Part shown: piece by piece, positions 26,159-41,100 of the stretch
Position numbering within the stretch: position 1 is the stretch's first letter
Layout of the letters: each line of letters begins with the position of its first letter
Assembly (NCBI RefSeq): GCF_009914755.1
Contig: NC_060947.1
DNA: 64,000 bases
DNA from: the human T2T-CHM13v2.0 reference genome, Homo sapiens
Reading direction: 5' to 3' (one strand)
Made by a program: the position numbers and the translations under genes
The notes under the pieces: generated by a model
What the model saw: only the letters and a program-made list of their open reading frames with translations
What the model was told of the DNA's origin: nothing
The model's database searches: none

Positions 26159-27459
26159 TCAACTCTCTGTTAGCCAGTGCATGGAATGACCCAGAATATG
26201 AATATGTACTACATATGCCTCATGCTTTTTATCCCTAATCATGAACTTCTCCTGTGCAGAACAAAGAAAGCTCCAGTCCATCTCTCCTTGGTGCTTCAAG
26301 GCAGCTCTAGGTCAGGAATGGGTGGAGAGGCTGACAGCAATGGCTAAAATGAGACTCAAGCTTATTTGCTTTCAATTCCCTGTGCTCCTCCCCCTTTCCT
26401 CCTCCTCCTTGGAACTGACCAATTGAGAGTTGGTGGTACATTATTTAACCCCACCGTGACCCTCCTCCTGGGGTAACAGACCATAACATTCCTCACGCAT
26501 AATGGACCCCAGTCCTGCAGCCTCCTCCTCTCACTCACACATGATGCCATCCAGAGAGGTCATGGGTAGGAAAGAATATGGCTTTCTGTGATGCCTTGCA
26601 CCCAAGAAACTCAACTTTAGCACACATTCTCTCAGTGATTTGTACAACCATCCTGTGAGATACAGTAGGGGGAGAGGTCTGGGTTGAATTCTGCATTTGA
26701 TGGATGGCAAAACTGAACAAGCAAGTGATGAGCTGGAGATCAGCTGGCAAGGCAGGACCTGTGCATGGAATGCACGCTAACCCTGCTCACTAGACTTCAC
26801 GGCTAGCAGGACTGGGCTCCACACAAGAGCAGGCAGACATCTATTCCACTGCCATACCAGCAAACAGACATTCATGAAACTCATCTAAGCACGGTGATAG
26901 GGATGGGGTGGGGGTGGGGAGGTAGTCTGCCTCTCTTTACCATCCTGCTCACTGTGTTATTTGTTCTTTTTCCCTCAACTGTTCCAGCTTGTATGGGCCA
27001 TCAGTCTTCTCAGCATTTGGGGTAACAGATTCCAGAATAGAGAACACATGGCCTATCAGGCAAAGAGACTCAAGCACTCTCTCCCAAGCATTGAATTTCT
27101 GAACAAGTCCTCTAGAAGTCAGCTTTTCCATCAGCCTACTTTGCTCAAGGCAATAATGGCTCCATAAGACCAAAACTAAAACAACTTTAAGACAATAGAA
27201 ATAGTCTATAGAATATACATCCTGTCTCATATATCTACCCTCCAACATGCTAGCCACAGAATAACCCTAGGTTCTCAAAATAAATGCACAACACATACGA
27301 ACACATATATATGAACACACACACACATACACACATGCTGATCTTTGACTTAAGTTAACATGTTTTGTTCAGGTCCTGCCAGATGCATCTGTCATGGCTC
27401 AGGATTCATCTTTGTGCCTTCCACAGAAGGTAAGGCATAGGGTGAGCTCTTCAGGATAG

Positions 27460-27909
<450 letters not shown>

Positions 27910-28969
27910 ATTTACCTATATTTTAAAGATGAGGAAACTGAGGCTCAGAAAGGTGACCTAGTCCTTCAGCCAATAACACAAGTAATACATTATGAAGCTG
28001 GGTCTTCTAACTTTGTGTGCTCTTACAATTATCAAACTGTACTACCAATGTCTACTCATTATCTATACTGAACTCCATCTATGATATCATAAGCCAGTTG
28101 GCTCCTATTCTTAAAGAACCCTACAGGAGATGTACACAGCCACCTTTAATCATAGGTGCCCCTGATGCTGAGGACATTCATTTTTATGTTGAACTTGCTT
28201 TCTTCCAATTGTACTAAAAGTCAATTTCTCCTTGTTTTGGCCTCAGTGAAGAAAAAGAAAAGCTGGTCACTGGCTTACTAAAGTAAATTTTTATAGAGAA
28301 GTCTCCCCTCTCCTGGAAAAGATGGGTCCCAAGTGGGCATTGTTAGAACTCAGTAAGCACATACAGCCCCAACCCAGAGCACCATTAAGACCTGTAGTTT
28401 AAAGCTATATCCATAGCTTTTTATCAAGGGTCAAAGAGTATCTCAGTATCAATTACCAACCTTCTGCTCAGGACACTATCTGTGGTGCTCTTTGAGGTCT
28501 CCCAGGCCCAGATCTGGCTGATTCCACTGTCTATACTTTTTTACTTTGCAGTCTTCTTTTCAGGAACTCCATGCCTGGCTTTTCCCAGAAGCAGATCGCT
28601 GACTTTTGTCCCCCATTTAGTCCAGCTGATATACCTGGGCCCTCAGGTCACAAGGCTCAGCTATACCCTGGACAAAGCCAATCTAGGACCTAGTGGTCAC
28701 AAAAACAACTAACCAACTTGCAAGCCTGTTGTCAGGGCCTACTTAGAATCAATGACTGTCAGAATTGGACAGAATTTTAAAGATCATCACCTTCATGCCC
28801 TCATTTTATAGATGAGGTTTAACAAAAGTAACTTGCCTACAGTCATCAAATGGTCAGCCTTCTGGACTAGTGTTTTTTCTAACATAACACCACAGAGAGG
28901 GAATACAGGTAGAAAAAATAATCTGAATTTAAGACCTTGTTATACTACTAGCTAAAGGTGTAATGATAA

Positions 28970-29220
28970 TTATGATGATGTTAGCTAATAAAGAGCGCTA
29001 TTATGTCAGGCACTATTCTAAACACGTTATATACATTAATTCATTCAAGCCTCACAGCAGCCCTTTAAGGAAAAACTATTACTATTCATATCTTACAGAT
29101 GAGGTAGCTGAAGCTCAAAGAAGTTAAATAATTTGCAGTTCACACAGCCAATAACTACTGAAGCCATTATTCCAGTAGAGGCACAGTCTGGCTCTAGAGA
29201 CTCTGCTCTTAACTTATAAA
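28970..29220 (-). mobile_element. MIR SINE
   Basis: ttacagatgaggtagctgaagctcaaagaagttaaataatttgc...cacacagc. Confidence 0.7.
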
Positions 29221-31762
29221 CTATTCTGCCTCTGGGTCCCAGTTTCTTCACCTATAAAATGGGGATAATTCTACTCTACCATCTGCTTTGTAGGGTATAA
29301 AACACTGAACTGAGAGCTGACAGGTATGTGCATGGAGGTGAGAGGAACGCTAATCCAGAAGGCGTTAACAGCTGTGTGGGGCTTCTGTGTTCTCTCCTCA
29401 CAAACACAAGCCGGAGCAAAGGGATGTTCCTCCCTCATCTTCTGAGTTGTTTTGAAAATGTAAACTAAACTTAACCTGGAAATTGGTTCCAAATCTTCCA
29501 TTTGTGTACAGAATTAACTTTTAACTTGCTACAATTTTTGTTAAAATGCACTTTGCTCTGCTCATCCATCTTCCATCCAACATTCATTCATTGAGCTCCT
29601 ACTGTGTGCAGGGATCTGCTCACTGTGACTCAGCTGCAGTCCTTACCTGAAGAACAAAGGGTTTCCAGGTACCAACAATGCATATCTTTCCAGCAGGACG
29701 CAAAGGTGGTTTTATGGGCACGCATACCTACCTTCGATTCTGGGCTTTACTACTTTAGAAAGTAGCAATGACAATAGGAGGTGAGGAATAGAAGAGGAGT
29801 CAGAAACACAAACTTAAATGTAATTGTCAGCATGTAATTATGACATCTAGGAGTATAATTTCACAAAAGCCAAAGAGTTTCTAACTATACAACCTTGGGT
29901 CTCAGTTTTTTCATCTGCAAAATGGGGGTAATAATGTTTGCCTCACAGGCAGGGTTATAGAGAGGGTGAACTCAGATGGTGGATATACAGTGCCTGGCAT
30001 GTGCTGGCCTAGTACAAGACTTCAGAGAAAGGAGGTTGATTACACATGGGTATTGGGCTATAGAAAGGTTTTGTGTGGCAATGAAGATAGCCCTTAAAGG
30101 ATGGGTAGGATGGTACCAGATACAGGAGGAAAGGGAGGGGCATTTGAAGCAGAGAAATGAGATTAAGCCAAGTCTCAGAGAAGAAGACTGGGAAATGTGA
30201 TGGTGAACAAGTAGTGGAGTTTGGAGAGGTTAGGGTTGGGAAAGGGGAGTGGAGGGAGTGATGGCTAAAAAGGTGAGTGAAGTCATGTTTGAAGGACCTT
30301 GAATCTAGTCTGAGGAAAAGAAAAAGGTCAAAGTTAATTTTTGGGTGCAAACGTCAATTAAAGCATAGGACAAATTAGGAGGAAATATTGGCTTGGCTTT
30401 GCAAAAGAAGTGATGACAAATTTTCTCTTTAAGGTGTTAAATATGGGGGGCCAGCAGGACATGCAGGTGGGTGGGAAGCTCAAGAGAGATTAGGGTATAT
30501 ATACAGGGTTGGGAATCAATGGCCCAGAAGAAATTGTGAAAATCAGAGTTTGCCCTGGAAAAAAGTGCTAAGGCCAGAAGCCTTGGGAAATCAAGATTTA
30601 TGCTTAAAGATGGAATGTGAGGTAAGGAACAGAAAAAGAGCTACATAAATAAAACTAAAAGAAGCTGTTAGCACATCATTAGGATACAAAGGAGCATGAT
30701 CTCTCAAAAGTCAAAGACAAGAGTTTCAAGCAGCAAGAGCTCATCAACATTATCAAATGGTACAGAGCTATAAAAAAGAAAACCAAGAAAAGGCCATTTG
30801 GGAGTAGCTATAGCAGAGATTATATTCTCTATTCCCAAACTGGTTTATATTCCCTCCCTGCCAAAATCCAACTGTTACCATCCTTCATCTTGCAAGCCTA
30901 TCATAAAGCCAGAAGATGGAGCAGCATCATTCTAGCAAGGTACTCAAAGAGCTCTGAGCCTTAGGACAGCACTACTGTGGCTTCTAACAAAATAATTCCC
31001 AATCCCCAGGACATTTCAGAGGAAGCACTAAATATAGGGAAGCTCTTGCTCAGACTTACAAGTGAGTGGGACACATAGTGTTTCCCACTCCCACATCAAC
31101 AAAACTTTTGGACATGAATAAGAGGATGGGGAGGGTTAAGAGTCCTGCATTATGCTTAAAGACAGAATAGGATATTATTTCTTTGTATCCAGATTTCCGA
31201 AGACAATCCTAATATCAAATATTCTATCTAATTGCTCCCCAAAGTAGATATATCTGTTTATCAGCTGTCATGTGCCTTGATTTTTAACCTAGAAATATGA
31301 TTGCTATACCCTGGAGGCACTGGGAGTCTGAGATCTAAGGCTGGTCTCTGTGACCAAAAAAGGCATGTGTGTTTGCAGTGAGCTTGGGGTGGCCAGTGGA
31401 CCCTTTCAGTGGGAACAGAAGAAGAAATGGGAAAGACAGAAGGAAAGTAAAAGAGTTATAAAGGGAAGGACGAAGCAAGAGAAGCTTATACTTGTAGAAA
31501 ACATATGCTGCAAACTGGATAAAGGGCTTTCTTTTGTGATTTCAACCTCTATAATTCTCCAATGTAAGCATTAACATCTCCATTTTTACTGAAGATGACT
31601 TGTGAGATAAAACAAGTAACCCACAGTTACCCAGTTAGTAGGTGGTGGAGCAGATTTAAATCTCCAGTTGGCCTTACTCTACAGCTTTGCTATTTGCCAG
31701 TCCCCCATGGAACCAGTCAAATGGCAGGGAGGGGGACCAGCTCACCCTGTGAATGACCTACA

Positions 31763-31935
31763 GCAGTGATTCTCAGTTCCTCAGAGGTCTTGTTAAAACA
31801 CAGGTTGCTGGGCCACATAGGCCTTGAGTATTGATTAGGTAGGTCTGAAGTGCAGCTTGAGAACCTGCATTTCAAATAGATCCCCAGGTGATACTGATGC
31901 TGCTGGTCTGGGAATCACATCTGGAGAACCACTGC
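31763..31935. mobile_element. MER5A DNA transposon relic
   Basis: cagtgattctca...gtaggtctg...cctgcatttc...ccccaggtgatactgatgctgctggtc...gagaaccactg, with inverted termini. Confidence 0.75.
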
Positions 31936-32822
31936 CCTAATGGACTGTCCTAGTGTAGGCCCTACCCTTGCCTCTTCTGATGCCTCATTCTTCACAGATT
32001 TCCCCATGCCACACCATATGTTGTGCTCCCTGCCTCCAGCACTCCCTTCCTATCTACAAGGCCTTCCTCAGTTGTTGGTAAATGTCTGCAAAAGGGTATT
32101 TGGGGTCATGTAAGCAGCATGCCCAATGTCAGGCTGTGTTAACACAGGAAAAAACTTGGGATTATGGCTGTCACCCAGTCTTTTAGAGCCATGCCACTTA
32201 TCTACAACTTCTTGTTCTTCCCCTCTAGTTCAACAGCACCACCCCCAAAATAGACATTTAATTAGCCTTGGTGGCTGTCAGAAATATTAGTGTTTTAATA
32301 AGAAGCAGCAGAAGGGAGAATGGGTTAAAAAATGTGAACCTCACATGTATGGAATAGCAAATATGCCAATTGCCATGAAGGTAGATGAGCTGGACCTGCC
32401 TTCCAAGAAGCTCCGTAGGAGGAAAAGGAGGGACATGACAGGGGTTTGCCTATGAGGTTTTCTCAGGTTGGTGTCTGCCCGTATCCTCTCAGAAGGCCCC
32501 CTTCTCCTGAACAGCTAAACTTGGGCAAGAGCAAATTATTTTCCCTTGCTCCCTTAAGCATATCTAAAACAAGCTGAGATTTTATGCTCTCTCCTGAAAA
32601 AGCTAGATTCCTTTTAATACAGCCTTGAAAACGCTCTGGCTATCTTGCCCAAAGTGTTGAAGGATAATCATCCTCCCTATTTTTGGGAAGGTGTGAACCA
32701 GGCTGCCCCAACAATAGCTATGAGGTACCATGGTGTACAGTAAAGACTCAGATTGGCTATTGGAAGAAAATCTGCCAGTAACTCACCAAATGATCTTGGA
32801 CAGGTCCCTTTCCCTGTCTCAG

Positions 32823-33155
<333 letters not shown>

Positions 33156-33491
33156 TGACAGACTGGAACCATACAGATGACCTCTCAAGTCCCTTCCAGC
33201 TCTGGTATTCTACTGAGGCTAACACTTACTCTGCAAAGGACGGGGATGTCATTATTGCAGCTTAATTCTCCTCACCCTTCTTTGTGCTTGATAGGATGCT
33301 TTTACTGCTTTCTGCTCAAAAAAATGAGAACTTTTTCCTGAAGATAACTCACTCAAGCATTGCTGGCAACACAGTCAGACTACCTGGGAAAATTGAGAAG
33401 TGGGCTTCCCACTTAAACCCTTGACTGCCGCATTCAAAAGTCAATAGGGACCTTTGCTTTTTGTTCTCTCCACTTAGTTCTTCAGATGAAT

Positions 33492-34086
33492 CATCCTTCT
33501 CATGACATCAGTTCTCGCTCACCTCCAGTCCCATATTTCCTACTGCCTGCTCCACATTTCACTGGATGGCCTGCTACCACCTCCAATAAAATGCAAAATT
33601 CATCATATTCCCCCATTCTCCCTCCTTCTCAATTTTTCCCATTTAAGGAAAATCTTCTGGCCCTGCTATTTCTTTCTTCTTCATGTCTCTCCCTCTCAGA
33701 TACAACGCATTCTCTTCATTCCCACTGTCTTATCCTGGTCCTCATCAGCTCAAACTGTCTCCCAACCGGCTTCCTTGGCCCTTACAGGTCTGTCCCTTCC
33801 TCAAGCTATGCCTTAATGATGCGAATCTTAAAGCATTTTTGCTAGTATCACTCCTCAAGCTCAAGAAGCTTCAGTAACTCCCCACTATCTCAAAGCTCTC
33901 CTTAATCTAGCCTCATCTCTGGATCCAACCTTTACCTCTAACAAGGCAGGGGCTTTCCACCACTCTTGTCAAAATGAGTCTCTTGCATCCTTCTCATGAC
34001 ATCAGCTGTCACTCACCTCCAGTCCCACATTTCCTACTGCCTGCTCAACATTTCACTGGATGGCCTGCTACTGCCTCCAATAAAAT
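33492..34086. repeat. 101-bp direct duplication (33492-33592 and 33986-34086)
   Basis: Hand alignment gives 7 mismatches in 101 nt and no gaps. Confidence 0.93.
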
Positions 34087-37000
34087 AATGATCAATCCTA
34101 CTTCTGTGCCTCTGATTTGGCCATATCCTTAGCCAATGGTTACACGTAGCGACACTGGGGCCAGGCTGCTTCTTCCTAGCTGTGTGATTGTGGCCGACCT
34201 ACTCCGTAATCCCTTCTCTGATGACTCCAGGCTGCATCCTCTCTCTCTCTCTGCCTCTTTCAGTAACCTTATCTACCTAGGATAAGCAGAAAACAAAAAT
34301 TTGGAAGAGCTATTCAAGTTGCTGACCAGAGTGTTATTCTTCAAATAACCAGAGTATATACTTCTGAATGATAGGTCTAAAACATAAGCTTAATCCATAA
34401 TGAACAATGTGTATACTCCACTTAAAGTTCTGACTTGAGTTCTAAAAGCAAGCAAACTCTGAGGCAGAACACAGCAATAGAGTAAGCATCTCTGTCAGGT
34501 GGCAGAACAATTTATGGGGCCAAGGAAATTGTTTACATAATATGTACCCAGCTGCCCTATATGCCAGTCCATTGTTGCCAGGATTTATTGCTAGGTGGCT
34601 TCTATGGCAGGCCAGTTTTTGCTAAAGATCTGCACTGGTGCCCAGTGATCACCAGGGAAAGAGGCAGAGATAGATGCTAGGTAAGAAAAATCCCACTGTG
34701 AATATCAAAAACATCCCAAGAGTTGCTTTTTCTTTTCCTCAGGTTTTAACATTTTGCACTTGATTGTTTCCAGTTTCAATGTGGGTGTTGCTATTGCCCA
34801 CAAGTAAATAATTTCATTTCTTGGCAGAATAATTAATGCACTCAAGTGATAATGACTCTAAATATGCTGAATGGAAGTATGTACATATATTTTTTCATGA
34901 CACAAAATCATCTTTTTCCTAATTTGGGTGTGTGATTTGTGAGTCATTACACATCAGTTTCCTTCAATATCCCATTATACTATCCAGTTTTCACTTTAAT
35001 AAAATGAAAGATCTACTGTTCAGCCACACCTGGCAGACACAAAAGGTAGGCCTAGATGGGGTCAGCCTTGAGCAAGACAGACCACCTGATCTAGAGCCCA
35101 ATATGAACAGTGGTCATAAGCCGATTCACACTTTCCAGGACCTTTTAGGACATTTTAGCTTGGAAAACCCAGAGAAGCCCCTTAGGGCATGATGCCATCC
35201 AGAATATTTTCTCACTGAGGCTAATAACAAAGAACAGCTTCTTCCTGCACTTCTTCCAAAGGAAGTTAAAAGGTGATCTCTGCTCTAATGGTGACCCAAC
35301 AGATGAGAAAAGGGTTGTTGCTTGCTTGTCTGGACCTTAGCAATAGATGGTAAGAAACCCAAGCCAGTAGCTCAGCCAAATGGGCCCAGGAGTTTCTGAA
35401 GTGAGACCCAGCTGCTGCCTCAAAGTTCACAATGTTAAGAACTTGGTCTTGTTTAGAGAATGATCCCCTTTAAAGAAAATGCAGCCAAATGGGCCAAGGA
35501 TTGCACAGATCAGAGAGAAGACATGTTTCTGAATGGCCAACCTAGATGATGTTGGCTAGAGAAGGTCCTATATACTACAACAGCTCCCAATCTGATAAAC
35601 ATTAGCTTGTATCTACAAAATATCTTGGAAACAGGAGTAATTGTCAAGTTATTCTGGGATATTTTGGCACTTCTGACGCATTACAACACTGTTTCTTAAT
35701 GTGAGGTCCACAGACCCCTGCTCAGAACCACCGTACCATATTTATTAATAACAAGCAACCAGAGTGATTCTGAATCACGTGCCACACTGAAACCAACTGT
35801 CTTAATCTTTCTGGGACCAGAGAGTTTATATTGCAGGAATTTCCTCTTACTGCACTGGGCCACTCAAAAGAAACCAGAATCTCTGGAACTCCAACTCTAG
35901 GCTTATCCTTCTTGTGTCAGATTCCAGAAAGGCTGAGGAATTACGGTGGCCTGTCGGAGAGGATTTCTCCCAGCCTGCCTTGAGAGACTATTTGCTTCTG
36001 CTCTGTTCCACCCTCATTCCCGTCCCAACCTTCAGGCACTGAAGCTACCACTAGTTCTAACAGCAAGTCCTAGCAGCATCTCTCTATGCTATAATCTGGA
36101 AGAAATTTCCTAGAGCTGTATTAAATCTCCCCAAGGCAACCTCCAATATTCTAAGAGACAGATGGTTAGTAAAAATAATAATAATGGACTCAGCAATGCC
36201 CTCTCCATGAGTTCCTGAGTCAGAACATGCCATCTCAAGCTTGAGGTTACCCTGACCTTCACCCATCTGTTGAGCCAGCGTGGGTCTTATACCCAAAATG
36301 TCCCTGCCCTGGGAGCCATGCTCGTCTTCTTGGACTTGGTGTGAATGCCGAGCTCCAGCTACCCACTGGAGACTTTTGTTGCCTTACTACCCTGAGATAT
36401 GGGAGCTGACCAGGACAAACCTAGGGAATATGCAGGGATGCTCTAAGAGCCACAGATCCCTTAGGCGACCTAAACTCATCTTAAGGTCTGCATCTGGGTT
36501 CCTGAATTTCTTCATGTAGTCGCCTTAGGACCAGTCCTGGGAGCTTTAACTTTTCCTGGACTACGACTTGAAGCCAGGCCTTGGAGTTTTCTGGGCAGGG
36601 GTGGGGTTCCTTTGTTTCCAGAAGGTAGGAGGAGGGGGCTAGAACTACAAGAAGAATCTGTCCTCCATGACTCCCACATGCATGGTTCTATACTCAACAC
36701 CACAGGCAGAGGGTGGGTGGGCAAGGCAGAGAGAAAAAGGGAAATTCATTTTTTATCCATTTGTCAGATGTCGTGTTAAAATCTTGTAGAGAAAGGAGAG
36801 CTGAAGGTAGCGGGAGGAGCAGGGGAGGAGATAGGTTGGAACTAAGGGTCCTAACGTCGTTAAATGTGACCATCTGGTTTACAGTGACAAGAACAGAAAC
36901 AACATTTAGTTAGGAGCACTGTGACCTGCTCCTATATCTAGAGATGAAGCAGGAAAAATGAATATATTTCAATTAACTGAAACCACCTTTACGTCTACTG

Positions 37001-37974
37001 AGCATGCCCAGCAAGGACACAGGCTTGCAAAAACTCTAGACCTTGGCATACGTTTCCAAAGAGAATGTAAGTATCTCCCAGGGAGTTTTTACAGCCCAGA
37101 GAGGACATCTGCATTTAAACAGCCCATCAAAAAGTGGAAGATAGTTTCCAGTGGTGCAATGATTTCCCTCTACCTATTGGCTCACTGTGAGAGAAAAGAC
37201 ATCCAGCCAAGGCCAAGGCACCTAGCAATGCCTCTAGTCCATGTCAGAAGCCTTTTATGCTCAGGAATGGACTATGTTCTCCTAAAAAAGTCTAGCCCAG
37301 TCCTGGATGAGGAAGTGGCAGAGGGATTCAGTGAGCAGCCATTGGGTCAGGCCCCAAGGGACTCAAACTGGCTGAGCTGGCTTCCCCTCAGACCTTGAAA
37401 CCAAAGACTTAGCCAGAGGGATACAACGACTAAACCTAGGCTGCCAGAGAGGACAAAATAGAAGCAAAATCAGACACACCCTCAAAGCTCAGAAGGGATG
37501 GCACCAGGTCTGTGTCTACAGGAAAAGTGGTTGTGCTTGTAACAAAACAATGTCAAGTAGGTTCGCTAAACTTATGTAAGGAAGCATCTACCAGTCTGGG
37601 CTAGGTGAAAGTGGTGGGGGTAGAGAAGGGAAGGAAACCAAGGCAGCTGATAGAGGGATAAAGCATCTAGTAAGGTGTCAGGGCTTGAACTCCTTTTAAC
37701 TGTCTCAGCTCAAGAGCCCCAAAGGCAGTGGATTCTTATACTCAGAGGTGGTCAGGATTGGAGATTTCCAAGTAACTAGTTAGCACACCTAGCTCAGTCC
37801 TCCCTTTCTTACAGGTAAGAAAAATGAGGCTCCAATGAGAAAAGCTTCCTAAGGCATCAAGTTAGTTAGCAGCAGAGCTGCCAAGATTAGAAACCAAGCC
37901 TATAGTCTTAGAAGAATGGTAGCCAATAGTTTTTGGATCATGTACCTCTAATGTTAAAAACAAAAATACAAACA

Positions 37975-38125
37975 TTTAGCTATTCTTGTCACAAAAAAGT
38001 AATTCTGTGAAATGACAGATATGCTTCACTACAGTAACCATTTTACTATCTATCTATATTACAATATCATGTTGTAAACCTCAAATATACACAATAAAAT
38101 TTATTTTACAAAAAACAAAACAAGA
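37975..38125 (+). mobile_element. L1MA-type 3'-end fragment with A-rich tail
   Basis: tcacaaaaaagtaattctgtgaaatgacagatatg...catgttgtaaacctcaaatatacacaataaaatttatttt followed by an A-rich tail. Confidence 0.7.
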
Positions 38126-41100
38126 AACACCTATCCCAATATTTAAATATTAATGTAGTATGTGTTTTATAAAAAAAAACTCCACAAAATAGAAATTAAA
38201 TAACAATGAGATTAACAATTTAATATATAAAGAACTAATATTTTCTCCCTAAGTCTCACCTTGGAGGTTACCGCTTTCAACATTTTCTGGTGCTCTTCTC
38301 TCCCACTGCTCTATAGACATCATCCCTTCAGTACTAAAACCAGAACCTGACTTTCCCTCCCTGCTCAGGGTCCCAAACAGGTCTGACCCTGAAGATTAAA
38401 AGATAAGAACACTTCAGTATGAAGGATTAGTAAAGATACTTCCAGAATCTCCCCCACGACCAGATGATTTTTGCTAAGGAATCTCAAATTCAAATTCACA
38501 CTAAAATGCAAATGTCAGTAATAAAAACTGGGATGGGAAGAATGAGCTCTAGGTGTAGCTTGATTCTGGACTTGCTGTATGAACTTGGGCAGATCCAGCG
38601 CCTCTCTGAGCCAGCTGTATTAAATTATTTCAAATGGAAAGTTGAGGTCATCTTTGACATATGCTGCTGCTTTGCTTCTAAAAGCAGGTTTTGACAGGGG
38701 TGGGGTGGCCCCCCAAAAAAAATGAAACAAGGAAGTCAGGAGAGGGATGGGGTGGAATAAAAAAGGTCAGAAGACAAAACCTGAGTATTTCAAAATTTTG
38801 CCATGGGCTATCTCCCACTCAAAATACAACACCAGTACAGGGATGGCTTTTGGGTTCCACTGGCAGAAGGAAAAACACTGCCTTTTCCACCCAGTTCAGA
38901 CCACTGGGTTCAAGCCACCCAAAGTAGTGTCTATGAAAATATTAAGTTGCACTTCTTCCATCTGCTCAGAACATCACAATTGCTAAGTTGCCTTCATATT
39001 CATGAGCTCACTGGACCCACCCAGAAATCCTGGGGATAAGCAGAGTGGGGATGAGTTGTTCCATTTTAAAGGTAAGGAAACTAATTTGTGAACAAAGGAA
39101 GTTACCCAGCTATCCCAGGAGCACAGAGGCCAGGAGAAAACCTAGATCTACTGGCGCTGGTCCAGTGGGGTTTTTTTCCTAATAATAAAAAATGGCTAAC
39201 ATTTATTGAATGTTTACTATGTGTCAGAGACAAATCTAAGTTTTTACATATAATAACTCATTTGATCCCTAGTTTAAAGATAAGGAAACCAAAGTTCAGA
39301 AAAACAATGAAGTAACTGTTGAAGTTCATAGAGCCAGAATCCAAACCTGAACCCAGACAGTTTCCCTCTAGAATCAGTGCTCTTAACCTCTACTTTCCAC
39401 AGCACATCTTCACATCCCCAAAAGGTGAAATTCAATGAAGTATCAAAGAATCTCCAAAGCATAGCAAGGTACAGAACAATATGTGTTGTATATTACCATA
39501 AAAAAGAGAAAGAGGAATATATTCATATTTGTTTATACATCCACATAACATTTTTCTGGAAGGACTCATTGGTGGCCTCTGCAGAGGGCAGGGAGTGGAA
39601 GGGAGACTTTTCACTGTGCACTCTCTTGGACCTTTTGAATTTTGAAACATGTGAATATATTTCCTATCCAAAAATAAAATTTTAAAAATAAGGTATCTAT
39701 GGTCAAAAGAGATTAGGAAACTGCATGGCTACTTCTTGGCAGGGCTGTGCCAGCTAACCTTTTCCTATTCACTTCTCTGGGCTCTCAAATTTGAAGAAAA
39801 GAAAGTTCCTCTCCCCATTTTTCCTGAAGCACCGCATTCCCCCCACCCCACTTCCCTGCCCCACTGCTTATCCAATCCCACAGAAGACATCCCTCAAAAT
39901 GAATACTGTAGTCATTTTGGAGGTTTGAGCAGCAAAAGTGAAGATAACAACAGATTGGATTAGGCTCCCACAGCCAATCAGTGGAAGATAGGAAAATAAT
40001 GCATCAGCAGCAATACAAATGAAGAGAGACACAAAAGCCCTTTTCCTCCAATGCCTGCCCCTCAAGGCCTGAGCTCATCAGATTCCTCCATCTCTTTCCT
40101 CTCACCACTCCACTCAATGTGTCACCCCTTCCCTCTTCTGGGCTCAGAATAGCAAAAACAAGCAAGCTAGAAAGACTCCAGGAAATCTGACTGAACACGA
40201 GAATCTGTGGTGTACAAAGGAAAACCACACTAAGGGAGAAAAGGTAAGCCCAGCTGGGTTTTAATGTCCTCATTGAGGCCAGGTGAAATTCAGCCCAAAT
40301 GGTCTCCAGAGACACTCCCAGTTTTGGTTCTTGGATTATTTCCATAATCTTATCCCTCAACTATTAGCACAATCCTCCAGAGATCAAGGCCCTCAAATAT
40401 ATTTCCTTAGATCCCTTTCAGCCAACCCCTTAGGCAGGTCAGGGGTACCCAAAAAACTGTGAGGAGGTGCGGGTGACCAAGGTGGATTTTGTGCCTCCAA
40501 GAATCCTCCTATTGTCTTGAAGTGGCTTAAACCGGCAGAAGGATTGCTTCTCACAACAGCCTAACATCTCCAATTCTTCACTGCTTCCAACATGCAGGAG
40601 ACAGCAGGACATGAGCTGCTGTAGGAGGGATGAAGGGACAATCAGCGTGTCTCTCTTGGGCAAGCAGGGAGAGTGCTGGGTAAAGCTGTGCCCCAGAGAA
40701 CCCCCTGTACTGCTTGTCAGAGAAAAATCTAACTCTTTATATATATTTACTTAAGTAACCTCTGGCAGATTCCTTTAGCACTGGAATTCATTGGTGGCAG
40801 CCCAGGGCCAGAGTACATTGGGTTGGGAATCTGAAAGCATGGCTTCTAGTCCTGAATCTACCACCACCTAATCCTGCCACCTCAGACTTGTTTCTCTTTT
40901 CTCTGAGCCTCAGTATCCCCATTTGTAAAATGGATATAATAATGCCTTAAAAGAACGGTATGGGAAAGGGGTAGAGAAATAAAGTGAAGTTTCTCAATTA
41001 CCTCCAAACTATGTGTAATTACAACCTGGATGAAATCTTAACAATCCAAACAGCAGGAACACATGTTCAACATTTTACAAGACACTTTTCACATCCTATG

